A stretch of 64,000 bases of DNA from Malacoraja senta (taxonomy: Eukaryota). Positions within the stretch are counted from its first letter, which is position 1, and every line of letters begins with the position of its first letter. The stretch is taken from positions 9,550,001 to 9,614,000 of the forward strand of contig CM075996.1 in the NCBI GenBank assembly GCA_038087875.1, given 5' to 3'. This document shows positions 23,149 through 33,323 of this stretch, piece by piece. Made by a program: the position numbers and the translations under genes. Under the pieces are notes generated by a model. It ran no database searches and was not told where the DNA came from. It was given only the letters and a program-made list of their open reading frames with translations.

Positions 23149-24957
23149 CTAGGTAAATTTCAGGTATCTGCGATGACCCTTATGAATGGGTACTGAATAG
23201 TAGGCATCTTTTAAATCAATGCTTGCCATAAAGTATCCTTTGGAAATCAGTTGTTTGGCAGTTACAAATGTTTCCATTTTGAAATGTACATACTTAACAA
23301 AGGTATTTAGTGAGGTTAAGTCAATGATGATGCGACATCCACCATCTTTTTTGTTTTTGGTAAATATATTTGAGACAAATTCCAAAGGTTCATGTTTGGA
23401 TTTCTCAATGACACCCTTTGTAAGTAACCTCACCAGTTCTGCTTGACCCTCTAGTTTTTCTTTGACTGAGAGGGTAAAGACCCTTTGTGGTACATGTTGA
23501 ACTGGTGGCATATTTTCTTGAATGAACTCTATTTTGTATCCACGAATACTGTTAAGTATATAACTATCATTCGTGAGACACCTCCATGCTTCAATGAACA
23601 GGTGTAATCTCCCCCCTGTTAGTACAGTTCCCCCACTTTTTATATGCTGGTAGGAACCAGACCCACCTACCTCCATAGTTATGGGAGTGTTCCTTTCTTC
23701 GGTTTCTTCATCCGTCGTTATGCTGCTGGTTGGGGGTGGCGCATTTTCCATGGGGCCCTGGCCTAAAAAAGGCTTTCGGGGATGGTATGCGGACCCCGAG
23801 CTTTCACCAGTCCCATGAGTTTGACGTCGATTGGTGGACGCGGTGGGGTACTGCCGTCTGGGTTGTGTGGGTCTGCTCGTTCCGGGGCCTGCCCTCATGA
23901 GGCCGAATGCTTTGGACTCTTCCTCCAGGTCTTTCACTTGTTTTGACAAGTCCTTACCAAATAGCAGGATCTGTGGCTCTGAGGCCGGTGTTTTACACAG
24001 TCCTGCAAATTTGGGATTGAGGGCAGGTCTTATTATCTCCTTGCGGAGGTTGTTTATTTCGTATTGGGTGTTACTCAGCAGAGCCAGAGTGTCTTGCTGG
24101 TTGGTGGTCATATCCACCCCATCCACGGAACGAGCATAGGATGTTATCCCTGTCGTCAGGAGCTTGAGGATACGTTGTAATTTTAGCTCCTGGTTCCGGA
24201 TACTCTGTCCAACATACCCCCAGATTTGGCTGTTAACGGCCATTACGTTGAGTGAACTGCAGTTCTCCGGAGGCGAGTAGAGTTCTAGTGCCTCGTTGAC
24301 TACCTGTTCTTGTAGGGGTTTGAGGGACAGGTGGTTAATGCTGGCCGCCAGTTTTGACTGCAACGGCCGCCCTGCTCGTGGTGTAGCCACGTAGCGATTC
24401 ACCACACCCAGCAGCTCTTCCTGGTCCTGTACCCCAAGCGTACTCCCGACATCTTCAGCCAATGACCCCTGTTGCTGACCAGCCCAGCCCTGGTCGCCAA
24501 CGCTGCCCTCGGCTGAGGGGGAAGCGATGGCCAGTGCATTATAGGGCACTGATGTGGGAGTGCCTGAGTTCCCTTGGCGAGACTGCTCCAGCTCCCAAAG
24601 CAAGTCTCGCTGGAGCATTTGCTCCATGAGCCTTTCCATGCGGCTCAGGCGGCTACCTCTGCCGCTCTCAGGTGGAGAGTCTTCCTCGTCGGATATATCA
24701 GAGATTACCGGCCGGTCAGTTTTTCGTTTTGATTTACCTCCAGTCCGCTGCTGTTGGTCAGGCTGCGCTAGCGGTACTGGGCTCGGCTTGGTATCAATGA
24801 TTGTGGACCGTAGCGTGTGCGGTCCAGGTGCCGCCTCTCGCCCCCCACTGATGGAACACTCCTGTTCTGTTGGAGTCGAACGGGGGGCGGTCTTTTTCCC
24901 TTGCCGTGCTCTGCTCAGTTTCCAGCTTTTCGATCTGGAATTTACAGAGCAGAGCAA
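23149..24957 (-). CDS. DIRS gag-like region running into the RT N-terminal half; ends at a premature TAG
   Basis: GGRLHLF, KKDGGCRIIIDL, HFKME and SIDLKDAYYSVPI. True start uncertain (the track start is not ATG). Confidence 0.8.
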   Translation of the reverse strand: MLCSVNSRSKSWKLSRARQGKKTAPRSTPTEQECSISGGREAAPGPHTLRSTIIDTKPSPVPLAQPDQQQRTGGKSKRKTDRPVISDISDEEDSPPESGRGSRLSRMERLMEQMLQRDLLWELEQSRQGNSGTPTSVPYNALAIASPSAEGSVGDQGWAGQQQGSLAEDVGSTLGVQDQEELLGVVNRYVATPRAGRPLQSKLAASINHLSLKPLQEQVVNEALELYSPPENCSSLNVMAVNSQIWGYVGQSIRNQELKLQRILKLLTTGITSYARSVDGVDMTTNQQDTLALLSNTQYEINNLRKEIIRPALNPKFAGLCKTPASEPQILLFGKDLSKQVKDLEEESKAFGLMRAGPGTSRPTQPRRQYPTASTNRRQTHGTGESSGSAYHPRKPFLGQGPMENAPPPTSSITTDEETEERNTPITMEVGGSGSYQHIKSGGTVLTGGRLHLFIEAWRCLTNDSYILNSIRGYKIEFIQENMPPVQHVPQRVFTLSVKEKLEGQAELVRLLTKGVIEKSKHEPLEFVSNIFTKNKKDGGCRIIIDLTSLNTFVKYVHFKMETFVTAKQLISKGYFMASIDLKDAYYSVPIHKGHRRYLKFT

Positions 24958-25377
24958 AGTTTCCCAATTACGACCTCAGAGTAAGTACTTACCTGATGGT
25001 CCGCTTTTTTAAGCTTGTAGCGGGAGCGCCTGTACTCCCGTTCGTCGCTGTTGCACTGCGTGAACGCTAATGTCGCGCATGCGTGCTGGACGGGTTCTTC
25101 GCGTAGTCACTCACGTGACTCCGAAGTAAAATAGTCCCATCTCTCATCCCTGCAATGCACCAGAGTGTGTGTGTGGAGGAGTTCGAATGATTCGTTTAGA
25201 TATGTTTAGTTTAGTTTAGTTTAGGTAAGTTTAGGTTAATTTAGTTGAGTTAAGATAAATTGAGTTTTGTTCAGTTTAGTGTGGATATGTTTAGTTTAGT
25301 TGAGTTTAGATAAGTTTAGTTTAGTTTAGTTTAGATATGTTTAGTTAAGATAAGTTTAGTTTAGGTACGTTTAGATA

Positions 25378-25697
25378 AGTAGAGTTCTAGTGCCTCATTG
25401 ACGACTTGTTCTTGTAGGGGTTTGAGGGACAGGTGGTTAATGCTGGCCGCCAGTTTTGACTGCAACGGCCGCCCTGCTCGTTGTGTAGCCACGTAGCGAT
25501 TCACCACACCCAGGAACTCTTCCTGGTCCTGTACCCCAAGCGTACTCAAGACATCTTCGGCCAATGACCCCTGTTCCTGACCAGCCCAGCCCTGGTCGCC
25601 AACGCTGCCCTCGGCTGAGGGGGAAGCGATGGCCAGTGCATTGTAGAGCACTGGTGCGGGAGTGCCTGAATTCCCTTGGCGAGACTGCTCCAGCTCC
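25378..25697 (-). mobile_element. Diverged second copy of a DIRS gag segment (matches ~24277-24596) embedded in (TTTAG)n
   Basis: Near-identical peptide QGNSGTP...NEALELY with multiple substitutions. Confidence 0.85.
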
Positions 25698-25876
25698 TGA
25701 AGCAAAGAAGGGTTTCGGCCCGAAACGTTACCTATTTCCTTCGCTCCATAGATGCTGCTGCACCCGCTGAGTTTCTCCAGCATTTTTGTGTACCTTTAAG
25801 TTTAGTTTAGTTTGGTTTAGATCAGTTTAGTTAAGATTAGTTTAGTTTAGTTAAGATTAGTTTAGTTTAGTTAAGA

Positions 25877-25907
<31 letters not shown>

Positions 25908-26241
25908 CCACGTGTACCGAGGTACAGTTAAAAGCTTTTGAAGAATGAAGAAGGCCACTATCGAACACAATTTGAATGTTGTATTGGAATATAGAAAGAA
26001 CCGATGGCTGAGGTATTAAAAGTTGGGACTGAGAGAACAGTGAAAAAGTTTTATTCAGTTGAGTTTATTGCCACGTGTACTTATTACAGTGAAAAGCTTT
26101 AGTTGCGTGCTATCCTGTCAGCGGAAAGACAATACATGATTACAATCGTCCACAGTGTACAGATACATGTAAAGGGAATAACGTTAGTAAGTGCGTGGAG
26201 GTGTTCTCCCATGGATAGTTTGATGTTACTTTGTGTTTCAG

Positions 26242-26324
26242 GCCTGACCATAGTTTCCCTGATCGCTGCACCATTGCCTTTGACGCCATTGCCAACATTC
26301 GAGGTGAAGCCTTCTTTTTCAAAG
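26242..26324 (+). CDS. MMP17/25-like, first hemopexin exon
   Basis: tttcag acceptor and gtaagc donor. Encodes PDHSFPDRCTIAFDAIANIRGEAFFFK. Confidence 0.93.
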
Positions 26325-27187
26325 GTAAGCTGGCGTGTTCATGATTGTCCCGTGATTATCTTACACGTTACACCCCGATGGATTGGTCGAGAGGAGAGAT
26401 GGCGGACGGCCCGGTGCAGGCTGTAGAGTTCAGCGCATAAGTCCGCAAGTTATAGGAGCAGAAAGAGGCCATTCGGCCCATCAAGTTAACTGCCATTCAA
26501 CCATGCCTGATCTATCTCTTTCCCTCTCAACCCCATTCTCCTGCCTTCTCCCCGTTACCCCTGACACCCGTACTAATCAAGTTTAGGTTTTTAGTTTAAA
26601 GACTGAAGTTTTGAAAGATAATGGGCGTCACGGTGGTGCAGCGGTAGAGCTGCTGCCTTACATCGCCAGTGACCCGGGTTCGATCCTGTCTACGGGTGTT
26701 GTCTGTACGGAGTTTGAACGTTCTCCCCGTGACCTGCGTGGGTTTTCTCCGCAATCTCCCGTTTCCTCCCACACTCCAAAGACGTACAGGTTTGTAGGTT
26801 AATGGTTTGGTACAATTATAAATTGTCCCTAGTGTGTGTGTGTGTGTGGGATAGTGTAAGTGTGCGATGAACGCTGGTCAGTGGGCCGAAGGGCCTGTTT
26901 CCGCGCTGTATCTCTAAACTTAACTAAACAGCTTGGTAACAGAGCCCATGGTGACCATCGATCACCCACTCACACGAGTTGCATGTTACGGGCTGGGGTG
27001 GTGGGGGGAGGGGGTACTCTCTTGTTCTCCAGAGTTCCTGGAGACACTTTATTAGGGGCAAACCACGGTGCCTTGGACTCTTGTCATGTAGGGAATAGAA
27101 ACATAGAAAATAGGTGCAGGAGTAGGCCATTTGGCCCTTCGAGCCAGCACCACCATCCAATATGATCATGGCTGATCATCCAGAATC

Positions 27188-27613
27188 TACATCGTTGAGA
27201 CCAAGCGTGGGCTTGGCGATCGTTTCGCCCAACACCTCCGCTCGGTCCGCAATAACCAACCTGATCTCCCGGTGGCTCAGCACTTCAACTCCCCCTCCCA
27301 TTCCAAATCCCACCTTTCTGTCCTGGGCCTCCTCCATGGCCAGAGTGAGGACCACCAGAAATTGGTGGAGCAGCACCTCATATTTCGCTTGGGCAGTTTA
27401 CACCACAGCGGTATGAACATTGACTTCTCCAATTTCAGGTAGTCCTTACTTTCTCCTCCCCTTCTCAGCTCTCCCTCAGCCCACTGTCTCCTCCTCTTCC
27501 TTTCTTCTTCCCCCCCCCCCCCCCTGAAGAAGGGTTTTGGCCCGAAATGTTGCCTATTTCCTTCGCTCCATAGATGCTGCTGCACCCGCTGAGTTTCTCC
27601 AGCATTTTTGTCT
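27188..27613 (+). mobile_element. 5'-truncated Penelope-like element: GIY-YIG endonuclease C-terminus + 3' terminal repeat
   Basis: YIVETKRGLGDRFAQH...VAQHFN...EQHLIFRLGSLHHSGMN, stop at 27440-27442. 10-bp TSD ATCCAGAATC (27178-27187 / 27614-27623) inside a CR1 tail. A related decayed fragment lies at ~51105-51471(-). Confidence 0.88.
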
Positions 27614-29511
27614 ATCCAGAATCAGTACCCCATTCCTGCTTTCTCCCCATATCACTTGATATCAATAGCCGTAAGATCTATATCTAACCCTCTTGAATAC
27701 ATCCAGTGAATTGGCCTCCACTGCCTTCTGTGGCAGAGAATTCCACAGATTCACAACTCTCTGGGTGAAAACGTTTTTCCTCACCTCAGTCCTAAATGGT
27801 CTACCCCTTATTCTTAAACTGTGACCCCTGGTTCTGGACTCTCCCAACATCGGGAACATTTTTCCTGACTCTGGGAGAGCAGTACACTGGTGCAATTTAG
27901 CTCCAGGACTTGGTGATTCAGCAACATCCCACAATCATGAGTCAGGAGTCCTGAGAATTTAGACACAAAGTGCTGGAGTAACTCACCGGGTCAGGCAGCA
28001 TCTCTGGGGAAAAGGATGGGTGACGTTTCATGTCAGAACCCTTCATCAGGCGGCTCTGACCTGATATGTCACCTATCCTTTTTCTCCAGAGATACTGCCT
28101 GATCCCCTGAGTTACTCCAGCACATTGTGTCTATCTTCAGTATAAACCAGCATCTGCAGTTCCTTCCTACATGTTTAGTTTAGAGATACAGCGCGGAAAC
28201 AGCCCCTTTGACCCACCGAGTCTGATCCGACAGGCGATCCCCACACACTAACACTATTCTACACACACTAGGGACAATTTACAATTTTACCAAACCAATT
28301 AACCTACAAACCTGTACGTCTTTGGAGTGTGGGATGAAACCAAAGATGGCGGAGAAAACCCACGCAGGTCACGGGGAGAACGTACAAACTCCATACAGAC
28401 AGCACCCGCAGTTGGGATCGAACCTGGGTCTCTGGTGCTGTAAGGTCTCTGGTGCTGACCTCTGAAGAAAGGTTCTCATCCGAAACGTCACCCATCCTTT
28501 TTTTTCTCAGAGACGCCTCCTGACGCGCTGAGTTACTCCAGCACTTTGTGTCTATCTTCGGTATAAACCTGCATCTGCAGTTCCTTCCTGCGCGCCAAGA
28601 AAGTTTAGTTGTCGTTTGCATCAATGACAGAACAATGACGTTCTTACTTGCTGTGACGTAACGGGCCCATTAACGCCAATAAATATACAATAATCAATTA
28701 TTAGTAATACTAGATAACCAGACCACATCAGTGCATACTGAAGATCAAATGCTGGACTTACTCAGTGGGACAGGCAGCATCTCGGGAGAGAAGGAACGGG
28801 TGACGTTTCGGGTCCAGACCCTTCTTCAGGGAAAGGAGGGAATTTCTGCTTGGAGTTAGAGGAAGAGGACAAAGTGTAGATGGACACAAATTGCTAGAGT
28901 AACTCGACCCGAAAACGTCACCCATTCTTTCTCTCCCGAGATGCTGCCCGACCCACTGAGCTACTCCAGCACTTTGTGTCTATCTTCGGTGTAAACCAGC
29001 ATCTGCAGTTCCTTCTTGCTCATTCCGTGCAGACCAGAGTATATAATGGTTTGGTGCTGGGGTGGGGTGTGGTCAGGGCTGGGCAGGGTCTGTATCTCTC
29101 GTTTCCCTTATTCCTAACCAGTCTGAAGAAGGGTCTCGACCCGAAACGTCACCCATTGCTTCTCTCCAGAGATGTTGCCTGTCCCACTGGGTTACTCCAG
29201 CATTTTGTGTCTATCTTCAGTAAATGGAAATTGGGCATGTGTCTTGAAGAATATTAAGGAAACAGGAAAGAACTTCAGCAATGGCTTGAGGGCATGGCTT
29301 TAATATGAAAAGGGGCAAAGTTTAAAGGAGATGTGCGGGGGCAAATATTTTGTACAGAGAGTGTGGCGCGAAAAAAGGCCCTTCGGCCCACTGAATCCGT
29401 ACCGACCAGTGATTCCCGCGCACCAACAGAGACTAGGGACAATTTACATTTATACCAAGCCAATTAACCTATATACCTGTCCGACTTTGGAGTGTGGGAG
29501 GAAACAATGAT

Positions 29512-30518
29512 AGAAACATAGAAACATAGAAAATAGGTGCAGGAGGAGGCTATTCGGCCCTTCGAGCCAGCACCGCCATTCATTGTGATCATTGCTGATC
29601 GTCCCCAATCAATAACCCGTGCCTGCCTTCTCCCCATATCCCTTCATTCCACTAGCCCCTAGAGCTCTATCTAACTCTCTCTTAAATCCATCCAGTGACT
29701 TGGCCTCCACTGCCCTCTGCGGCAGGGAATTCCACAACTTCACAACTCTGGGTGGAAAAGTTTTTTCTCACCTCAGTCTTAAATGACCTCCCCTTTATTC
29801 TAAGACTGTGGCCCCTGGTTCTGGACTCGCCCAACATTGGGAACATTTTTCCTGCATCTAGCTTGTCCAGGCCTTTTATAATTTTATATGTTTCTATAAG
29901 ATATCCCCTCATCCTTCTAAACTCCAGTGAATACAAGCCTAGTCTTTTCAATCTTTCCTCATATGACAGTCCAGCCATCCCAGGGATCAATCTCGTGAAC
30001 CTACGCTGCACTGCCTCAATCACAAGGATGTCCTTCCTCAAATTAGGAGACCAAAACTGGACACAATACTCCAGATGTGGTCTCACCAGAGCCCTATACA
30101 ACTGCAGAAGAACCTCTTTACTCCTATACTGAAATCCTCTTGTTATGAAGGCCAACATTCCATTAGCTTTCTTCACTGCCTGCTGCACCTGTAAGCCAAC
30201 TTTCAGTGACCGGTGTACAAGGACACCCAGGTCTCGCTGCATCTCCCCCTTACCTAACCTCACCCCATTGAGATAATAATCTGCCCCCTTGTTTTTGCCG
30301 CCAAAGTGGATAACCTCACATTTATCTATATTATACTGCATCTGCCACGCATCTGCCCACTCACTCAACCTGTCCAGGTCACCCTGCAACCTCCTAACAT
30401 CCTCTTCACAGTTCACACTGCCACCCAGCTTTGTGTCATCCGCAAACTTGCTAGTGTTGCTCCTAATTCCCTCTTCCAAATCATTAATATATATGGTAAA
30501 CAGTTGCGGCCCCAACAC
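29512..30518 (-). mobile_element. CR1-type LINE 3' fragment with a long open RT frame
   Basis: LGPQLFTIYINDL, KFADDTKL, RDLGVLVH and RPHLEYCVQFWSP. (TATGTTTC)n tail. Confidence 0.92.
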
Positions 30519-30769
30519 TTGTAGAAAACCCACGCAGGTCACGGGGAGAACGGACAAACCCCGTACAGACAGCACCCATAGTCAGGATCGAACCCGAGTC
30601 CAGGGGCTGCAAGGCAGCAATTCTACCGCTGCGCCACTGTGCCGCCCTTTGTATGTTAATTGGCTTCTGTAAAAATGGACTCTCTCAGTCTATGACTCCA
30701 TGCCACCTATCACTTGCCCAGCCCCACCTCTTTTCCAGCACTCTTCTCCCACCCCCTCACTCCCTCTAC

Positions 30770-30916
30770 TTCTTCTTCTTCTTCTTGCGTATGGCGTGCA
30801 CAGCCTAAAGTTGTTGGACAACTTGTTCTATTTGATGTGATTTGATTGTGCACGCCAGGTTGATTGCATTCGTCGAAACAGGGTGGACCACGTGAAGGTT
30901 GCAATCTCCCCACCCC
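30770..30916 (-). mobile_element. Short non-autonomous retroposon, copy B: HDV-like ribozyme head + 3' stem-loop + (AAG)n tail
   Basis: 11-bp TSD ACTCCCTCTAC (30759-30769) / ACTCCCTCTGC (30917-30927). Inserted in a Penelope-derived 3' UTR. Confidence 0.88.
30862..30916 (-). ncRNA. Predicted minimal HDV-like self-cleaving ribozyme (copy B, fully consensus)
   Basis: Minus strand reads GGGGTGG-GGA-GATTGCA-ACC-TTCACGT-GGT-CCACCCT-G-TTTCGA-CGAA-TGCAATC. All helices of the nested double pseudoknot pair. Confidence 0.8.
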
Positions 30917-31572
30917 ACTCCCTCTGCCAGAGTCAGTCTGAAGTAAGGTCCCAACCCAAAGCATGCCTGTCCATTCCTTCCACAGAAGCTGCCCGACCCA
31001 CTGAGTTGCTCCAGCACTTTGTGTTTTGCTCGGTTGAGAATAGTTGGATTGGTATTGTGTTCAGCGCTGATACGCTGGGCTGAATGCATGAACACTCTGT
31101 TGTCACGTACGACCAGTCACGGTGAAAGTCTTTGCTTGTGTACCCAAGGTATGCAAATAGTTGCCACGTAAAGGGCACCGACAAAGTCACAAAGTCTCCC
31201 GCGTCAGGTCCCCCTTTGTTTTCCCCCTTCCCCACCCCCACCTCACACCGCCCCCCCCCCCACGCCGGGCCCTCCTTTCTTCCTTCCCCAGGCAGCGGCG
31301 TCCTCGCTTCCACTGTCCGTTCTCGCCCGTCGGTCGGCGCCCTCATCGACCGCCGGCCCGACCTCTCCACTATCGCCGTCGCCGGGTCCTCTCTGAACGA
31401 CCCGGGCCCCAGCCGCGGGCCCTGCAGACCCAGGGGGCTAACCCCGCGGCCAGCCGGGTGGACGGGGCCTGCTCCTGTACTGAGCGGTTCTATCCTCACC
31501 CAGTTGCCGTGGTAACTCAATAATAAACTGACTAGTTAACGTAACTCCCTGTGCTCTTTCTTGCCCGTGAAG

Positions 31573-31725
31573 ACCATTACTTCTGGCGCATGCAGCGAGC
31601 TGGGAATCTCGTCTCCCTGAATCCAGCACAGATCAATAACTTCTGGAACGGGCTGCCGGTTGACCTGAAGAAGGTCGACAGTGTCTACGAGAGGATGACA
31701 GACCACAAGATAGTCTTCTTCATCG
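31573..31725 (+). CDS. MMP17/25-like hemopexin exon
   Basis: gaag acceptor and gtgag donor. Encodes HYFWRMQRAGNLVSLNPAQINNFWNGLP...VDSVYERMTDHKIVFFI. Confidence 0.93.
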
Positions 31726-32012
31726 GTGAGGAACCACCACAGCATCAGGCATGCCCACCAAGGCCCCACACACACACCTACACTCAGGGCACCGATGCCC
31801 CTGGGCTCTGAGCTAGCTGATCCGTAAGGTCATAAGTCATTGGAGCAGAATTAGGCCATTCGGCTCATCGTCTACTCCGCCATTCAATCATGGCTGATCT
31901 ATCTCTCCCTCCTAACCCCATTCTCCTGCCTACTCCCCATAACCCCTGACACCCGTACTAATCAAGAATCTATCGATCTCTGCTTTAAATATATCCACTG
32001 TTGAAGTTTATG

Positions 32013-32340
32013 AGGATGTTGCCAGGACTAGAGGGTCTGATTTACCAGGATGTTGCCCGGACTAGAGGGTCTGATTTACCAGGATGTTGCCCGGACTAGA
32101 GGGTCTGATTTACCAGGATGTTGCCAGGACTAGAGGGTCTGATTTACCAGGATGTTGCCCGGACTAGAGGGTCTGATTTACCAGGATGTTGCCCGGACTA
32201 GAGGGTCTGATTCACCAGGATGTTGCCCGGACTAGAGGGTCTGATTTACCAGGATGTTGCCAGGACTAGAGGGTCTGATTTACCAGGATGTTGCCAGGAC
32301 TAGAGGGTCTGATTTACCAGGATGTTGCCAGGACTAGAGG
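32013..32340 (+). repeat. 34-bp tandem repeat (9 full copies + 1 continuing into a CR1 fragment, 32319-32790)
   Basis: Unit AGGATGTTGCC(A/C)GGACTAGAGGGTCTGATTTACC. Starts at 32013, 32047 ... 32319. Confidence 0.93.
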
Positions 32341-33065
32341 GTGTGAGCTGTAGGGAGAGGTTGAGTAGGCTGAGACTCTATTCCTTGGAGCGCAGGTGGA
32401 TGAGGGGAGATCTTATAGAGGTGTACAAAATCATGAGAGGAATAGATCGGGTAGACGCACACAGTCTCTTGCCCAGAGTTGGGGAATCGAGGACCAGAGG
32501 ACATAGGTTTAAGGTGAAGGGGAAAAAATTTAATAGGGACCCGACAGGTAACTTTTTCACACAAAGGGTGGTGGGTGTAAGGCAAGGCAAGGCAAGGTGT
32601 ATGGAAGGAGTTGCCAGAGGAGGTAGTTGAGGCAGGGACTATTGCAATGATTAAGAAACATTTAGGCAGGTACAAGGATAGGACAGGTTTGGAGGGATAT
32701 GGACCAAACGGGGGCAGGTGGGACTAGTGTAGATGGGGCACGTTGGCCGGTGTGGGCAAGTTGGGCCGAAGGGCCTGTTTCCACACTGTATCAGTCTATG
32801 ATTCGATGAGGGGAGCAAGTGTGGAGTTGCGGGTTGGCAAGTGATAGGTGTCATAGACTCATAGAAACAGTTTTTACAGAAGCCAATTAACCAACAAAGA
32901 GCAGCACGGTGGCGCAGCGGTAAAGTTGCTGCCTTACAGTACTCACAGCGCCAGAGACCCGGGTTCAATCCTGGCTACGGGTACTGTCTGAATGTAGGCC
33001 TCATCTGCGATAGATAACTCCATTGTAACTCTGCCTATCGCTAACTCCATTCTGTCTTGTCCCAG

Positions 33066-33323
33066 GGGCCCAGTACTGGGTCTTCACCAACACAGAGGTG
33101 GAGCAGGGCTATCCCCGGCCCATTCGGGACTTTGGGCTGCATCTGGACAGCGTGGATGCGGCCTTCATCTGGGCCCACAACGGCAAGACCTACTTCTTCA
33201 AGGGCGACGAGTTCTGGAGGTACGATGAGCAGCAGAGAAAGATGGACCTGGGGTACCCCAAGAAAGTGGGTCTGTGGAAGGGAGTCCCCCCAAACCTGGA
33301 TGATGTCATGGGCCACAACAATG
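33066..33323 (+). CDS. MMP17/25-like hemopexin exon
   Basis: cccag acceptor and gtaagt donor. Encodes AQYWVFTNTEVEQGYPRPI...DAAFIWAHNGKTYFFKGDEFWRYDE...GYPK...LDDVM. Confidence 0.95.

Larger units (their letters stand above)
20464..25135 (-). mobile_element. DIRS1-type tyrosine-recombinase retrotransposon with both termini
   Basis: Order gag-RT-RNaseH-MT-YR on the minus strand. 37-bp inverted repeats at 20537-20573 / 25069-25105. Internal complementary region at 20688-20800. AATAGT at both ends. Confidence 0.93.

Noticed and set aside
32013..32340. CRISPR-like 34-bp repeats
   Set aside because: No spacers; the unit is CR1 sequence; eukaryotic context with no cas genes.
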